A stretch of DNA of 20,000 nt, taken from an uncultured virus (IMG/VR IMGVR_UViG_3300021256_000009) (Duplodnaviria > Heunggongvirae > Uroviricota > Caudoviricetes). Positions 7,077 to 16,116 of the stretch are shown here, in pieces; within the stretch, counting starts at the first letter, position 1; every line of letters starts with the position of its first letter. A model generated the notes under the pieces. It was not told where the DNA came from and did no database searches. It saw nothing but the letters and a program-made list of their open reading frames with translations. The stretch lies in the IMG/VR virus record IMGVR_UViG_3300021256_000009; one strand, given 5' to 3'. Position numbers and translations under genes: made by a program.

Positions 7077-10000
7077 GATACCGGTAGTCGTTGATGTTGA
7101 GAAAGCATTTAATGATGCTGCTGCGCGAGTTGGAACGGCAATTCGTCCATTAAAGCAAGAGATTAATCGGCAGACCGCCGACTTAATGATAAATGTAGCC
7201 TCAGGAGGAGATCCTAATCTCCAAAGATTATCTGATATACTTAAGACCGTAAGAGATGTTTATGGCGACATAAACTTCGCTGCGGAACATTTGAATAACG
7301 CGATTAGAGAGGCTAAGACTCGTTATGATGAATTATATGTCTCTCAAGCAAAAGGAAAGACTCTTTCTCTTGCTCAGTTACAAGAGATGGAATCTCTTAG
7401 AAATGCTATTGTGTTACTTGAAAGTGAAGCAAATCTTAGAACGAAAGGGTCCCGCCTTGTTTCAGAAGAAGCACAAAGACAACTTGCTGTCGTTGATGCT
7501 ATAGACAAGGGGAACGATGCTCTTGTTCGGGAAACAAAAACGATGGCCGAACTAAACGATAAGATTTCTTCTCTTCGAGGTAAATTGCAAAACATTGACC
7601 CGAAAAGTAAGGAGTGGGGCCAAACCGCGAAAGAAATAGAGAAGGCAACAAAAGAGTTAGCGAAATACGAGCAGAAGCTTCGCGGATTGTCTAAGCCAGG
7701 AAGTATAGATCGTATTCGAGAAGAAATGTCGAAACTTGAAGCCCAATGGAACGCGATGAGCAAAAGGGTTAAGTTCGACGAAAACGGTAATCTGTCGAAA
7801 TCAGCGCAACGGCTTGTCGATAAATTCAAAGCGCTTACTACTGAGTCAGAAAAGTACGGCCAGTCTTTGTCGGCTACCGCTGCAAAAGCAAAGCCTGCGG
7901 TCGAGTCTACGACTGCCGCAATGAAATCACAGTCAACGGTGCTCAGCCAACTTACATCTATGGCCTCGATGTACATCTCCGTGTTTGGCTTGTTTCGATT
8001 CGCCAAGCAACTTAGAGATGTAACCGGAGAGTTGGAATACCAGCGCGTAGCTCTTGGCCGCCTCATTCAGGACGAGCAATACGGAGCCGCCTTGTTCGAA
8101 AGAATTAAAGATGCAGCCCAGCAGTCTCCGTTTCGCATTACGCAACTTGTAACATACACGAAGCAACTTGCCGCATACCGTATTGAGCAGGAAAACTTGT
8201 TTGATACGACAATGCGCCTTGCGGATATTTCCGCCGGACTCGGCGTCGAGATGAACCGACTTATTCTTGCCTATGGACAGGTCCGCGCCGCATCTGTGTT
8301 ACGCGGACAGGAATTGCGCCAGTTCACGGAAGCCGGCATTCCACTTGTGGATTTGTTGGCAGACAAGATGGGCGAATTAAACAAAACCACATACACGACC
8401 GCTGATGTGTTCAAACTTATATCTGAAAGAGCCGTACCGTTCTCCGCCATCGCAGAGATTTTCGAGGATCTTACAGATAAAGGTGGTATGTTTTACAAGA
8501 TGCAGGAGAAGCAGGCGGAGACAATTAAGGGTAAATGGGAAAAACTTAAGGATGCATTCGATGTCGGTCTACAAGCTGCTGGAGAGACCAAAACATTCGC
8601 TTGGCAGAACCAGTTGGCGCTGGATATTCTTACTGTTTTAGCGAAAAACATCCGTATCGTCCCGAAACTTATCGAGTCAATAGGATTCGCGTGGGTTACA
8701 TATAGCGCCGCTGCAGCCGTAGCAAATTTGCGGAATAAGCAGGTTGCGAAATCGGCGATTGAAGTTATGACGGCGAAGCAACTTATGGGCGCTGGCGTCA
8801 GCAAAGCTTCTATTCGCCTGCTAGGCTATGAAAGAACGACAAGGCTAGTGACAAAGGCTAACGCGGCTTTGGCTGCGTCAAACGGAATTTTGTCAAGGAC
8901 TTTTGCTAAATTGACCTTGGCGATGTTGTCAAATCCGTATGCCGCCGTTGCTGCCGCTGTCATTGGGCTTGCGTCTGCATTTGTGTTTTGGAGAAAAGAG
9001 TCAGAAAGTGCTATAACATCTCTTTCTGATTATAAGGTTGCGTTAGATAATTTTGCTGCCGCAGAAAAGCAGTTTGAGAAGAACGAAAAGCTGATTGACC
9101 GATACGAGGAACTTGCGTCGAAGACAGAGAGAACAGAGAAAGAAAACAATAAGCTTTACGCGACAATCAGCAAATTGCAAGATGCCTTCCCGGGAATGAC
9201 ATCTAAAATTGACGCCCAAACCGAAAGTTTGAAAGCGAATGTTGAAGCGCTGAGAGAAAAAAACAAAGAAGAACTTGCTCAATCAAAAGACGAGGCCCAA
9301 AAGTCTCTCAATGCTGCGATAATTACAAGAAATTCGCTCCAGACTCAACTCGACGAACTTCTTCAACAAAGAGAGGAAGCTTACAAAAAAATGAAAGAGC
9401 AGGATTCTCTTGTCAATTTCTACGGATACAGTTCACAGAAGAATCTTGACGAGGCTATTTCGAAGTATAACGAACTTGACCAAAAAGTACAGGAGACAAA
9501 AAACGATATCGCCGACCTCAATAAAACGATTGGTTCTCTAGAAAATTCTATTAACCCTAAGGTGGCCGATGAAGCCACAAAAGGCTGGAAAGATCAAGTC
9601 AGAGAGTTAAATACTTATAAGACAAGCCTTGGGAGTATTCCGCTATTTACGCCACAAGAGATTGATGACCTTGAGTCGGTTTACGACTACTATAAAAAAC
9701 TAAAGAAACTCTGGACTGATTCAAAAACATCTCTTGAAGGATTGAAGGAGGCTTACGAAAATGCGACGGAGCCGCTAATTAAGGCTAAACTCCTTACTGA
9801 AGTCGAGGATGCACAAGCCATGTTCGACGCCATAGAGAGGGCTAGAGAATTCTTTGGTTTTATCTTTAAAAAGTCTTCCGGCGGCGGTTCTCGTCAGACT
9901 GATCCATTCGTGACTCGTATGCAGGAGCGAATTAAGTTCATGCAGGACTTCAAGAAGGGGTATGATGATTTAAGTAAGTACATGGCCAGAGCCGGGGCCC

Positions 10001-12567
10001 TGGAAAAAGAAAGTGGAATTATGCTTGGACGCGGAATGTCGCTTGGAATGTCTGCTGACGAGCAAAGAAGAGCCGCAACAGACTTATCGAAGTGGTACGA
10101 AGATATGATTGCCACGGTATCTTCCCGTCTTAAGTCCAAGGGCGTTCGTGGAACATCGGTCACAGAACTTCTCGGGATTGACACGAGTAGGCGCAGTAAG
10201 GATGTCCAGGATCTTCAAAAGTTACTGCAATCTCTTTGGGACGCCAAGACAGACCTCGATACTTCTGAAATGAAGAAGTCTATTGAGGATGCTTTGAAGA
10301 AACTTTCTGACGAGATTAAGCGCAGCGAAACGGCACGGAATTTCTACCAGGACATTCTCGGGTTGACTGGCGACGAGCAACTCGCCGCTTCTATGAGCGT
10401 GTCCGTATATGGCGGAATCGGAGACGAATTCAAGGACAGGATGCAACAGCAGCTGAATGGCGCTTTAGAGTCACTTAAAGTAGATAAGAGTTTCACTGTC
10501 ACAGATGACATTGAAAGGGCTTTTTCCGAAATGGACTTTAAGAAGATTCTTGCAATCGATGGCCTTCCGGAAGAGGTAGAAAAAGTCGTGAGACAGGCGT
10601 ATGAGAATTCGCAAAAGTACGACGCGGATCTTCTTAAAAACTTCGCGGAATTAATCTCGAAGTATGGAGACACGGCGCAAAAGGTTGCGACGATTCGAGC
10701 AAAGGCGGAAAACGAAATCAATAAAGTAAAAGATGCGCTTAAATTAAGCCTTGAAAACACAAAGCTTACTCCAGAAGAGAGAAAAGCGTTGCAAGAACGA
10801 GCCGACGAGATCATCCGGGCCCTTGAGGGACAAAGAGACCTGGACGAGTTTAAGGCTGGAGAAGATTACATAAAGTTCTTTTCCGAAATCAATGTGATGA
10901 CCGCGGAGCAAGCGGCTGTAGTAAGAGGAAAACTTCGAGATGCTTACTTGAAGGCTTTTAATGATGGCGCGATATCTGCCGACCAACTTAGAAGAAACCT
11001 CCGAGCGGTCGATGAGCAGTTCAAGAAACTGAGTGAGAGCACCACATTGTTAGGGTCTTATCTTTCCGGCGGATTTGATGCCGCGAACGAGAAACTTCGT
11101 GAATATGCGGATAACATCACAGTTCTTTCGGCAAAGATGCAGTCTGGAAAAGAGTTGGACCAAGCCGAGCAATCTTATGTTTCTCGCATGCTCAAAAGGT
11201 TTGGAGGGGACGATGTAAAGAATGCAAAAAGCTACGGGGATTTGCTTAACGCTTTTTCTAACAGTGGTGGACTGAAGGCGGCTGGACAGGCATTAGGGAA
11301 TATGGGGAAAGGCATGTCTGCAATTGCGTCAAAGGGCGCTGGTGCACTCGCTATTGTCGATGCTATTTTCCAGGCAGTTCACTCGACAATCACGAGTATT
11401 CAGCAAATGATTGATGAGCTAAATCGGATGCGTTCGGAAGATAATAAGGTTGGAGAATGGTTCAAATATGTATCCGATTTTGATAAGTACACATATTCCG
11501 GCTGGGAAAAGCTAAAGTCTGGAGATGTTATAGGCGCCACAGCTGACGCTGTTAGTTCTTGGATATCTATTTTCAATAACATCCAGGAAGATAAAGTCAA
11601 AAGAATAAACGAAGACATCGAGGATCAAGAAGAGCTACTTGACGACCTTCAGTATTCTTATGAAAGACTTGATAAAGTTATACAAAAATCATTTGGCTCT
11701 GAATATATCTACAATTATCAAAAGCAGCTAGAAAACCTACAGGCCCAGGCTGATGCTTATAGAAAGCAAGCAGAGCTCGAGAGGGGGAAGGGCAAATCTG
11801 CAGATGAGGATGTCGCGAAAGACTACGAGAAACAGGCAAGGAACATAGAGGACCAGATTGCCGAGATGCGCACCAAACTTTCCGAGTTTTTCGCAGGTAC
11901 GGACCTTACCAGCGCTGCCGAGGACTTTGCGAATTCCTGGATCGAGGCGTACAAGGAGTTTGGTTCCACGACGGATGCGATGAGCGAGAAGTTCAACGGC
12001 ATGATCCAGAACATGATTACTCGCTCTCTGGCTGCGAAGATTATGCAGGAGATGCTTCAGCCGATCTTTGACCAGATTGACACAATGTCACAGGATGGCC
12101 TTCTAGCGACCGATGAGATCGCGGCCATCGCCGCCCTGGCCCAGGAGCGTATCCCTCTCATCAATGACGCCATGACGAACTTGATGACAAGCCTTGCTTC
12201 TGCCGGTCTGGATGTCCGCGCATCGACTGCAGGATTCCACGGTATAAGCAAGGACATTGCAGGAGCGTCGGAGGAGTCTATTCTTGGACTGGCTGCAGCG
12301 ATTAATACGCAGAACTTCTACATCTCGTATGTTCCGACAATCAGCGAGAATGTGTCGCAGATTCTGGCGGCGATGACCGGCGGAGTTAGTCCGACGGCTC
12401 CTGTCGAAACAACAGAGACAGGAGAGGTCCTGCCGTCTGTTCAGAGAATGGTCTACGATCATCTTCCGAACATGGACGCGAACCTTGCGGAAGTGTTGCG
12501 ACTCGTTAGAAGCGTTATAACGACGAAAAACGGAACAACGAACACAAATTATGTCGCGATCAAGTAG
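7066..12567 (+). CDS. Tape measure protein
   Basis: 1833-aa helical/coiled-coil protein containing the tape-measure core SPFRITQLVTYTKQLAAY...LADISAGLGVEMNRLILAYGQVRAASVLRGQELRQFTEAGIP; follows the chaperone. Confidence 0.95.
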   Translation: MAVEIPVVVDVEKAFNDAAARVGTAIRPLKQEINRQTADLMINVASGGDPNLQRLSDILKTVRDVYGDINFAAEHLNNAIREAKTRYDELYVSQAKGKTLSLAQLQEMESLRNAIVLLESEANLRTKGSRLVSEEAQRQLAVVDAIDKGNDALVRETKTMAELNDKISSLRGKLQNIDPKSKEWGQTAKEIEKATKELAKYEQKLRGLSKPGSIDRIREEMSKLEAQWNAMSKRVKFDENGNLSKSAQRLVDKFKALTTESEKYGQSLSATAAKAKPAVESTTAAMKSQSTVLSQLTSMASMYISVFGLFRFAKQLRDVTGELEYQRVALGRLIQDEQYGAALFERIKDAAQQSPFRITQLVTYTKQLAAYRIEQENLFDTTMRLADISAGLGVEMNRLILAYGQVRAASVLRGQELRQFTEAGIPLVDLLADKMGELNKTTYTTADVFKLISERAVPFSAIAEIFEDLTDKGGMFYKMQEKQAETIKGKWEKLKDAFDVGLQAAGETKTFAWQNQLALDILTVLAKNIRIVPKLIESIGFAWVTYSAAAAVANLRNKQVAKSAIEVMTAKQLMGAGVSKASIRLLGYERTTRLVTKANAALAASNGILSRTFAKLTLAMLSNPYAAVAAAVIGLASAFVFWRKESESAITSLSDYKVALDNFAAAEKQFEKNEKLIDRYEELASKTERTEKENNKLYATISKLQDAFPGMTSKIDAQTESLKANVEALREKNKEELAQSKDEAQKSLNAAIITRNSLQTQLDELLQQREEAYKKMKEQDSLVNFYGYSSQKNLDEAISKYNELDQKVQETKNDIADLNKTIGSLENSINPKVADEATKGWKDQVRELNTYKTSLGSIPLFTPQEIDDLESVYDYYKKLKKLWTDSKTSLEGLKEAYENATEPLIKAKLLTEVEDAQAMFDAIERAREFFGFIFKKSSGGGSRQTDPFVTRMQERIKFMQDFKKGYDDLSKYMARAGALEKESGIMLGRGMSLGMSADEQRRAATDLSKWYEDMIATVSSRLKSKGVRGTSVTELLGIDTSRRSKDVQDLQKLLQSLWDAKTDLDTSEMKKSIEDALKKLSDEIKRSETARNFYQDILGLTGDEQLAASMSVSVYGGIGDEFKDRMQQQLNGALESLKVDKSFTVTDDIERAFSEMDFKKILAIDGLPEEVEKVVRQAYENSQKYDADLLKNFAELISKYGDTAQKVATIRAKAENEINKVKDALKLSLENTKLTPEERKALQERADEIIRALEGQRDLDEFKAGEDYIKFFSEINVMTAEQAAVVRGKLRDAYLKAFNDGAISADQLRRNLRAVDEQFKKLSESTTLLGSYLSGGFDAANEKLREYADNITVLSAKMQSGKELDQAEQSYVSRMLKRFGGDDVKNAKSYGDLLNAFSNSGGLKAAGQALGNMGKGMSAIASKGAGALAIVDAIFQAVHSTITSIQQMIDELNRMRSEDNKVGEWFKYVSDFDKYTYSGWEKLKSGDVIGATADAVSSWISIFNNIQEDKVKRINEDIEDQEELLDDLQYSYERLDKVIQKSFGSEYIYNYQKQLENLQAQADAYRKQAELERGKGKSADEDVAKDYEKQARNIEDQIAEMRTKLSEFFAGTDLTSAAEDFANSWIEAYKEFGSTTDAMSEKFNGMIQNMITRSLAAKIMQEMLQPIFDQIDTMSQDGLLATDEIAAIAALAQERIPLINDAMTNLMTSLASAGLDVRASTAGFHGISKDIAGASEESILGLAAAINTQNFYISYVPTISENVSQILAAMTGGVSPTAPVETTETGEVLPSVQRMVYDHLPNMDANLAEVLRLVRSVITTKNGTTNTNYVAIK

Positions 12568-12644
12568 TGTGGCACATATTTTGAAAGAATAGAAGCTCGA
12601 CAATACCTATTCACCTATTTTATCATCTCACAATTTATCTTTTT

Positions 12645-12685
12645 AATCCTTGCCGCTTGTGAAAGTAGCAAGGATTTCTTATCTT
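12645..12685 (+). terminator. GTGA-tetraloop hairpin, probable terminator 1 after the tape measure gene
   Basis: AATCCTTGC-c-GCTT-GTGA-AAGT-a-GCAAGGATT followed by a weak U-tract (TCTTATCTT). Confidence 0.6.
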
Positions 12686-12722
12686 GTCTCGTGGATTAAT
12701 GGTTAAATACAGTTGTTGTCTA

Positions 12723-12764
12723 GCGCACCGCTGGTTGCGAAATCCGTGGTGCGTTTTTATTTTT
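12723..12764 (+). terminator. GCGA-tetraloop hairpin, probable terminator 2
   Basis: GCGCACCGC-t-GGTT-GCGA-AATC-c-GTGGTGCGT followed by TTTTATTTTT. Confidence 0.75.
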
Positions 12765-12767
12765 CAT

Positions 12768-12799
12768 ATTGTGACATACATCTATTTTTTTTATCTTTG
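12768..12799 (+). promoter_or_regulatory. Bacteroidota-type promoter for the tail-tip genes
   Basis: ATTG (12768-12771), 20 nt, TATCTTTG (12792-12799), directly after the terminators and 7 nt before the ATG at 12807. Confidence 0.65.
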
Positions 12800-12806
12800 C
12801 GGTGTT

Positions 12807-13286
12807 ATGGATACCATGTGGAAAAAACAATTGCGAAAGGAAGCCTCCGCGCATCATATGTGTGAGGAGAATCGCCACGACCTTGCTAGCGTCGAAACAA
12901 AAGAAGATGCCGTCGCCCTTTATAAGAAGACGATTGACTGGGCTCTTGAGGAAGGTTATCCGGACCTGGAGACAATCAGAAAGCATTTCTCGGATTGTGA
13001 GAATGTTGGTATCTTTGTCGACCGGCATTTTCGGAATGAGGTTCTCAACTCAGAACAGGTCTATGTGTTCCATCACTGTACCGGAACAATCCGAACCGGA
13101 ATTAACCTGGGAAAGAGGACGATTCCTATGCTGTATTTCGCAAACGGATGCGATATGGATGTCAGAGGCATAGTCGGCTCTGCGATGCAGATTAGGGTCC
13201 CGCTTTACATCTTTGGTGAGAACCGGATCGGCGCTGAACAGTCCGATGACCTTTTGTGTAAAACCTACAAGTTCGATGTGAAATGA
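12807..13286 (+). CDS. Hypothetical phage protein (start reassigned from 12684 to ATG 12807)
   Basis: 159 aa (MDTMWKKQLRKEASAHHMCEE...). The extension back to 12684 in the ORF track would run through a terminator and a promoter. It overlaps the next gene by ATGA. Confidence 0.7.
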   Translation: MDTMWKKQLRKEASAHHMCEENRHDLASVETKEDAVALYKKTIDWALEEGYPDLETIRKHFSDCENVGIFVDRHFRNEVLNSEQVYVFHHCTGTIRTGINLGKRTIPMLYFANGCDMDVRGIVGSAMQIRVPLYIFGENRIGAEQSDDLLCKTYKFDVK

Positions 13287-13753
13287 TCAAGGTCAGATTA
13301 CAGATTGGCGACGGGAATATCGTCGACACCGAGGAAGCCTACGGGTTCATTTACCTGGACTCAGACAAAAGGGTCGGCGCTCCATCCAAGGGATTTGAGA
13401 AGACGTCGTACCCGGAAGAGGAGGGAGAGCACATTCTTCCGAAGACCGTCGATGACGCTTTCGACTACAAGGTGAAGTTCTTCATCCAGGGGAACACTCT
13501 TGCTGATGCGAACGCAAAGATCGCCGCATTTAACGCAGCCCTTCACGGTGAGCCTGACGCGAATGGTCTGAAGGAATACTACCAGGTCACATTCTACAAC
13601 GACTATAAGCGCCACAAAATCGTTGGGTATCCGAGTGAGATTGCAGAGGCGACCGACTTCTGGCGTGACCGGGACAATGTCGTTAACGATATTGTTGTCG
13701 TAGAGTGGAACATCCGAGTGACCAAACCTAGCCTTTGTGACTTTAGCTTATGA
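13283..13753 (+). CDS. Putative distal tail (Dit-like) protein
   Basis: 156 aa with a PSKGFEKTSYPEEEGE...FDYKVKFFI pattern; located between the tape measure gene and the large tail-tip gene. Confidence 0.6.
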   Translation: MIKVRLQIGDGNIVDTEEAYGFIYLDSDKRVGAPSKGFEKTSYPEEEGEHILPKTVDDAFDYKVKFFIQGNTLADANAKIAAFNAALHGEPDANGLKEYYQVTFYNDYKRHKIVGYPSEIAEATDFWRDRDNVVNDIVVVEWNIRVTKPSLCDFSL

Positions 13754-16116
13754 TTCCGGGAATTGAAGAAATAAATTTCCCGTCCTATGCGACGCTCCAC
13801 CAGGCAACCGTCCAGTTTGAAGAGATGGGAGAGAGAACCATTTCTACCCAGGTTCGGATTGACGGATCCATCATCCCCGCCTTTGATGGATGGGCCCTTA
13901 AATTTCGTAATGAACTTTTTGTTCTTCCCACGCTGAAGCCGCAGGCGTCAAAGGATAATTCTACCAAGAATGCCCTTATCGACCTTGTATTTACTTCGGC
14001 TCCAATCCATGAGCTGAAGCGCTACTTCTTCGCCGAGATGACTGAGATCGAGCAGGGAACAATCATCATTGACAAATATGTAGCGTCTCTTCGCTTGTCT
14101 CTGACAAACTTTGTCGCTGCATTCAACAAGGTCCTTCAGTATTACTTCCCTGACGGTTCTTTCGTAATGAATTTGAATCCGTCGTATGTAGACACTGGAG
14201 AGGTGAAGGACTTTGAGATTGATTACCTGTACATCTGGGATGTCCTCTTGAAGATTAACGAGGTGTATGGCGTGACCTGGAAGGCCGTGACAAACGAACA
14301 GGGCGTGACGGTAATCCGTGTCGGATATGATTCCGGCGTTATTGATGATCATGTCTTCGAGTATGGATTCAACGGCGGACTTCTTCGATTCGAGCGCCAT
14401 GTAGAGGACACTGACATTTACAATGTCCTTCTTGGTCGCGGAGGAGAGAAGAATCTTCCGTACCGATATTTCAAGGACACGGACCAATTCAACCCTATCT
14501 GGTCCGCAGATCCTGACGCAATTCCGGAGTTGAAGAGTGTCTTTTTTTCTCGGCTCCTAGACAGTAACTTCCGAAAGTATGTCCAAGGTTGGAAGGCGAA
14601 GCATTATGGAGACACATACGATGCCGCAAGAGCAGCTACGGACTGGGCATACCAAAAAGGATATACGGACGAGAAATTCGATCCGGTCGAATATGTAAAA
14701 GACGATGAATCCATCGCGCTTTACGGTGTCCGTCAAGGCAAGCTCGATGATAACGATGATATCTTCCCTACAATCCAGGGCATATACCTTGACGGGCAAG
14801 GACGGGCCGACGAAGTTGTGGCCGTCGAAGTTACCGCCGAGGACAGTCCGCAGGCACAGTGGGATATTAAGACGGACCTGGAGGACTTATATGAAGACAT
14901 TGACGAGACTGATATGACGGATGTCTATAGGAACTACATAGTGGGCAGCTCATTATTTACCGTTCCTAATGGTCGCATAGGCAGAATAGAATACGCATGG
15001 CTTCAAGAAGGAGACCAATATGTATCACTCGGAACAATAGACACGACAAATTCGTTAGTAGACACCAGAGACAGCAACGACAACAGTAAAGGGAGTGAAG
15101 CGCTTCAGGCCGGAGAGTACACTCTTGCGTTATTTTTGAGGATACGACCGGATCATCTCGGAAGAATAAAGGGTCGTTTTGGTGTCAAAGATGTTTCTGT
15201 CCACTGCACCCCAGTAGATAAAATCTCTTATCGCGAAGTCTTCACCATCTGGGTCAAGAACATTTGGGAGTCCACACCAGGATCCGGTGAAAACGACATC
15301 GCTTATGCTCACCGGGTCTGGGATCCTATTTTGGGCGACCGTATCGGAAATTCTGCCGCAGTTCACTTCTCTGATGGGTTCATGTCGCTTTCGAGCGATT
15401 ACGAGTTCCTTATCCAAAGGCTTCCCGAGGTTGACCGATCAAAGACAATCACGACAAAGGACAAAAACGGGAATACGATTACTGTTCAGTCCGAGTGGAA
15501 AATCACTCTTGTACGTTCCGATGCTGAGCTGGAGGCAACCGGACTTTACATACCGAACACTGAAACGGGAGGGCTTCCTGTTTCCGGCGACCACTTCTTC
15601 TTCACTGGGATCGACATCCCGTTCCAGTATGTCAAATGGGCTGAGGAAAGACTCACCGAGGAAAAGGAGAAGAAGCTTCCGGAGAACTCGCAGACCAATC
15701 CGACTTGGATAATCGGAATGGACAAGGTTCGCGTACATTCGCTCCAGGAGGACGATTATGGTACACTCTTGGCAGACCGGCTTGACGCTGGCGTGCAGGT
15801 TTCTATTTCCGATCCACGATTTACAAGGAACGCGCAGAACGAACAGACCGTACTGCAGCTTGGGATTCGGTCCGTTACATTCACCTGGAGCGAACCGTCA
15901 AGCGATAGCCCTGGATTGGTTCCTGACATAGAAATTGTCCTGTCCGACAAAATCGTCAGCGAGAAGACTTACGAGAGTGTAAAGGGTGATGTCAATTATA
16001 TCACCAACAACTACACCACTACCGGCGAGGTAAAGAACATAGTTAAGAAGACGAAATTTGGAATTGGCACAAATATTTCATATCTTGGGCCAGTAATCGG
16101 AACTGTCGAAATATAA
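13750..16116 (+). CDS. Tail tip / baseplate hub (Tal-like) protein
   Basis: 788 aa with FEYGFNGGLLRFER, LLGRGGEKNLPYRY and ESIALYGVRQG...DIFPTI segments typical of siphophage hub proteins; follows the Dit-like gene. Confidence 0.72.
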   Translation: MIPGIEEINFPSYATLHQATVQFEEMGERTISTQVRIDGSIIPAFDGWALKFRNELFVLPTLKPQASKDNSTKNALIDLVFTSAPIHELKRYFFAEMTEIEQGTIIIDKYVASLRLSLTNFVAAFNKVLQYYFPDGSFVMNLNPSYVDTGEVKDFEIDYLYIWDVLLKINEVYGVTWKAVTNEQGVTVIRVGYDSGVIDDHVFEYGFNGGLLRFERHVEDTDIYNVLLGRGGEKNLPYRYFKDTDQFNPIWSADPDAIPELKSVFFSRLLDSNFRKYVQGWKAKHYGDTYDAARAATDWAYQKGYTDEKFDPVEYVKDDESIALYGVRQGKLDDNDDIFPTIQGIYLDGQGRADEVVAVEVTAEDSPQAQWDIKTDLEDLYEDIDETDMTDVYRNYIVGSSLFTVPNGRIGRIEYAWLQEGDQYVSLGTIDTTNSLVDTRDSNDNSKGSEALQAGEYTLALFLRIRPDHLGRIKGRFGVKDVSVHCTPVDKISYREVFTIWVKNIWESTPGSGENDIAYAHRVWDPILGDRIGNSAAVHFSDGFMSLSSDYEFLIQRLPEVDRSKTITTKDKNGNTITVQSEWKITLVRSDAELEATGLYIPNTETGGLPVSGDHFFFTGIDIPFQYVKWAEERLTEEKEKKLPENSQTNPTWIIGMDKVRVHSLQEDDYGTLLADRLDAGVQVSISDPRFTRNAQNEQTVLQLGIRSVTFTWSEPSSDSPGLVPDIEIVLSDKIVSEKTYESVKGDVNYITNNYTTTGEVKNIVKKTKFGIGTNISYLGPVIGTVEI

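Noticed and set aside
12685..12755. tRNA-like fragments (GTGGATTAATGGTTAA resembling a D-arm; GGTTGCGAAATCC resembling a T-arm)
   Set aside because: No acceptor or anticodon stem can be formed, and the T-like part is better explained as the GCGA hairpin. tRNAscan-SE or ARAGORN would settle it.
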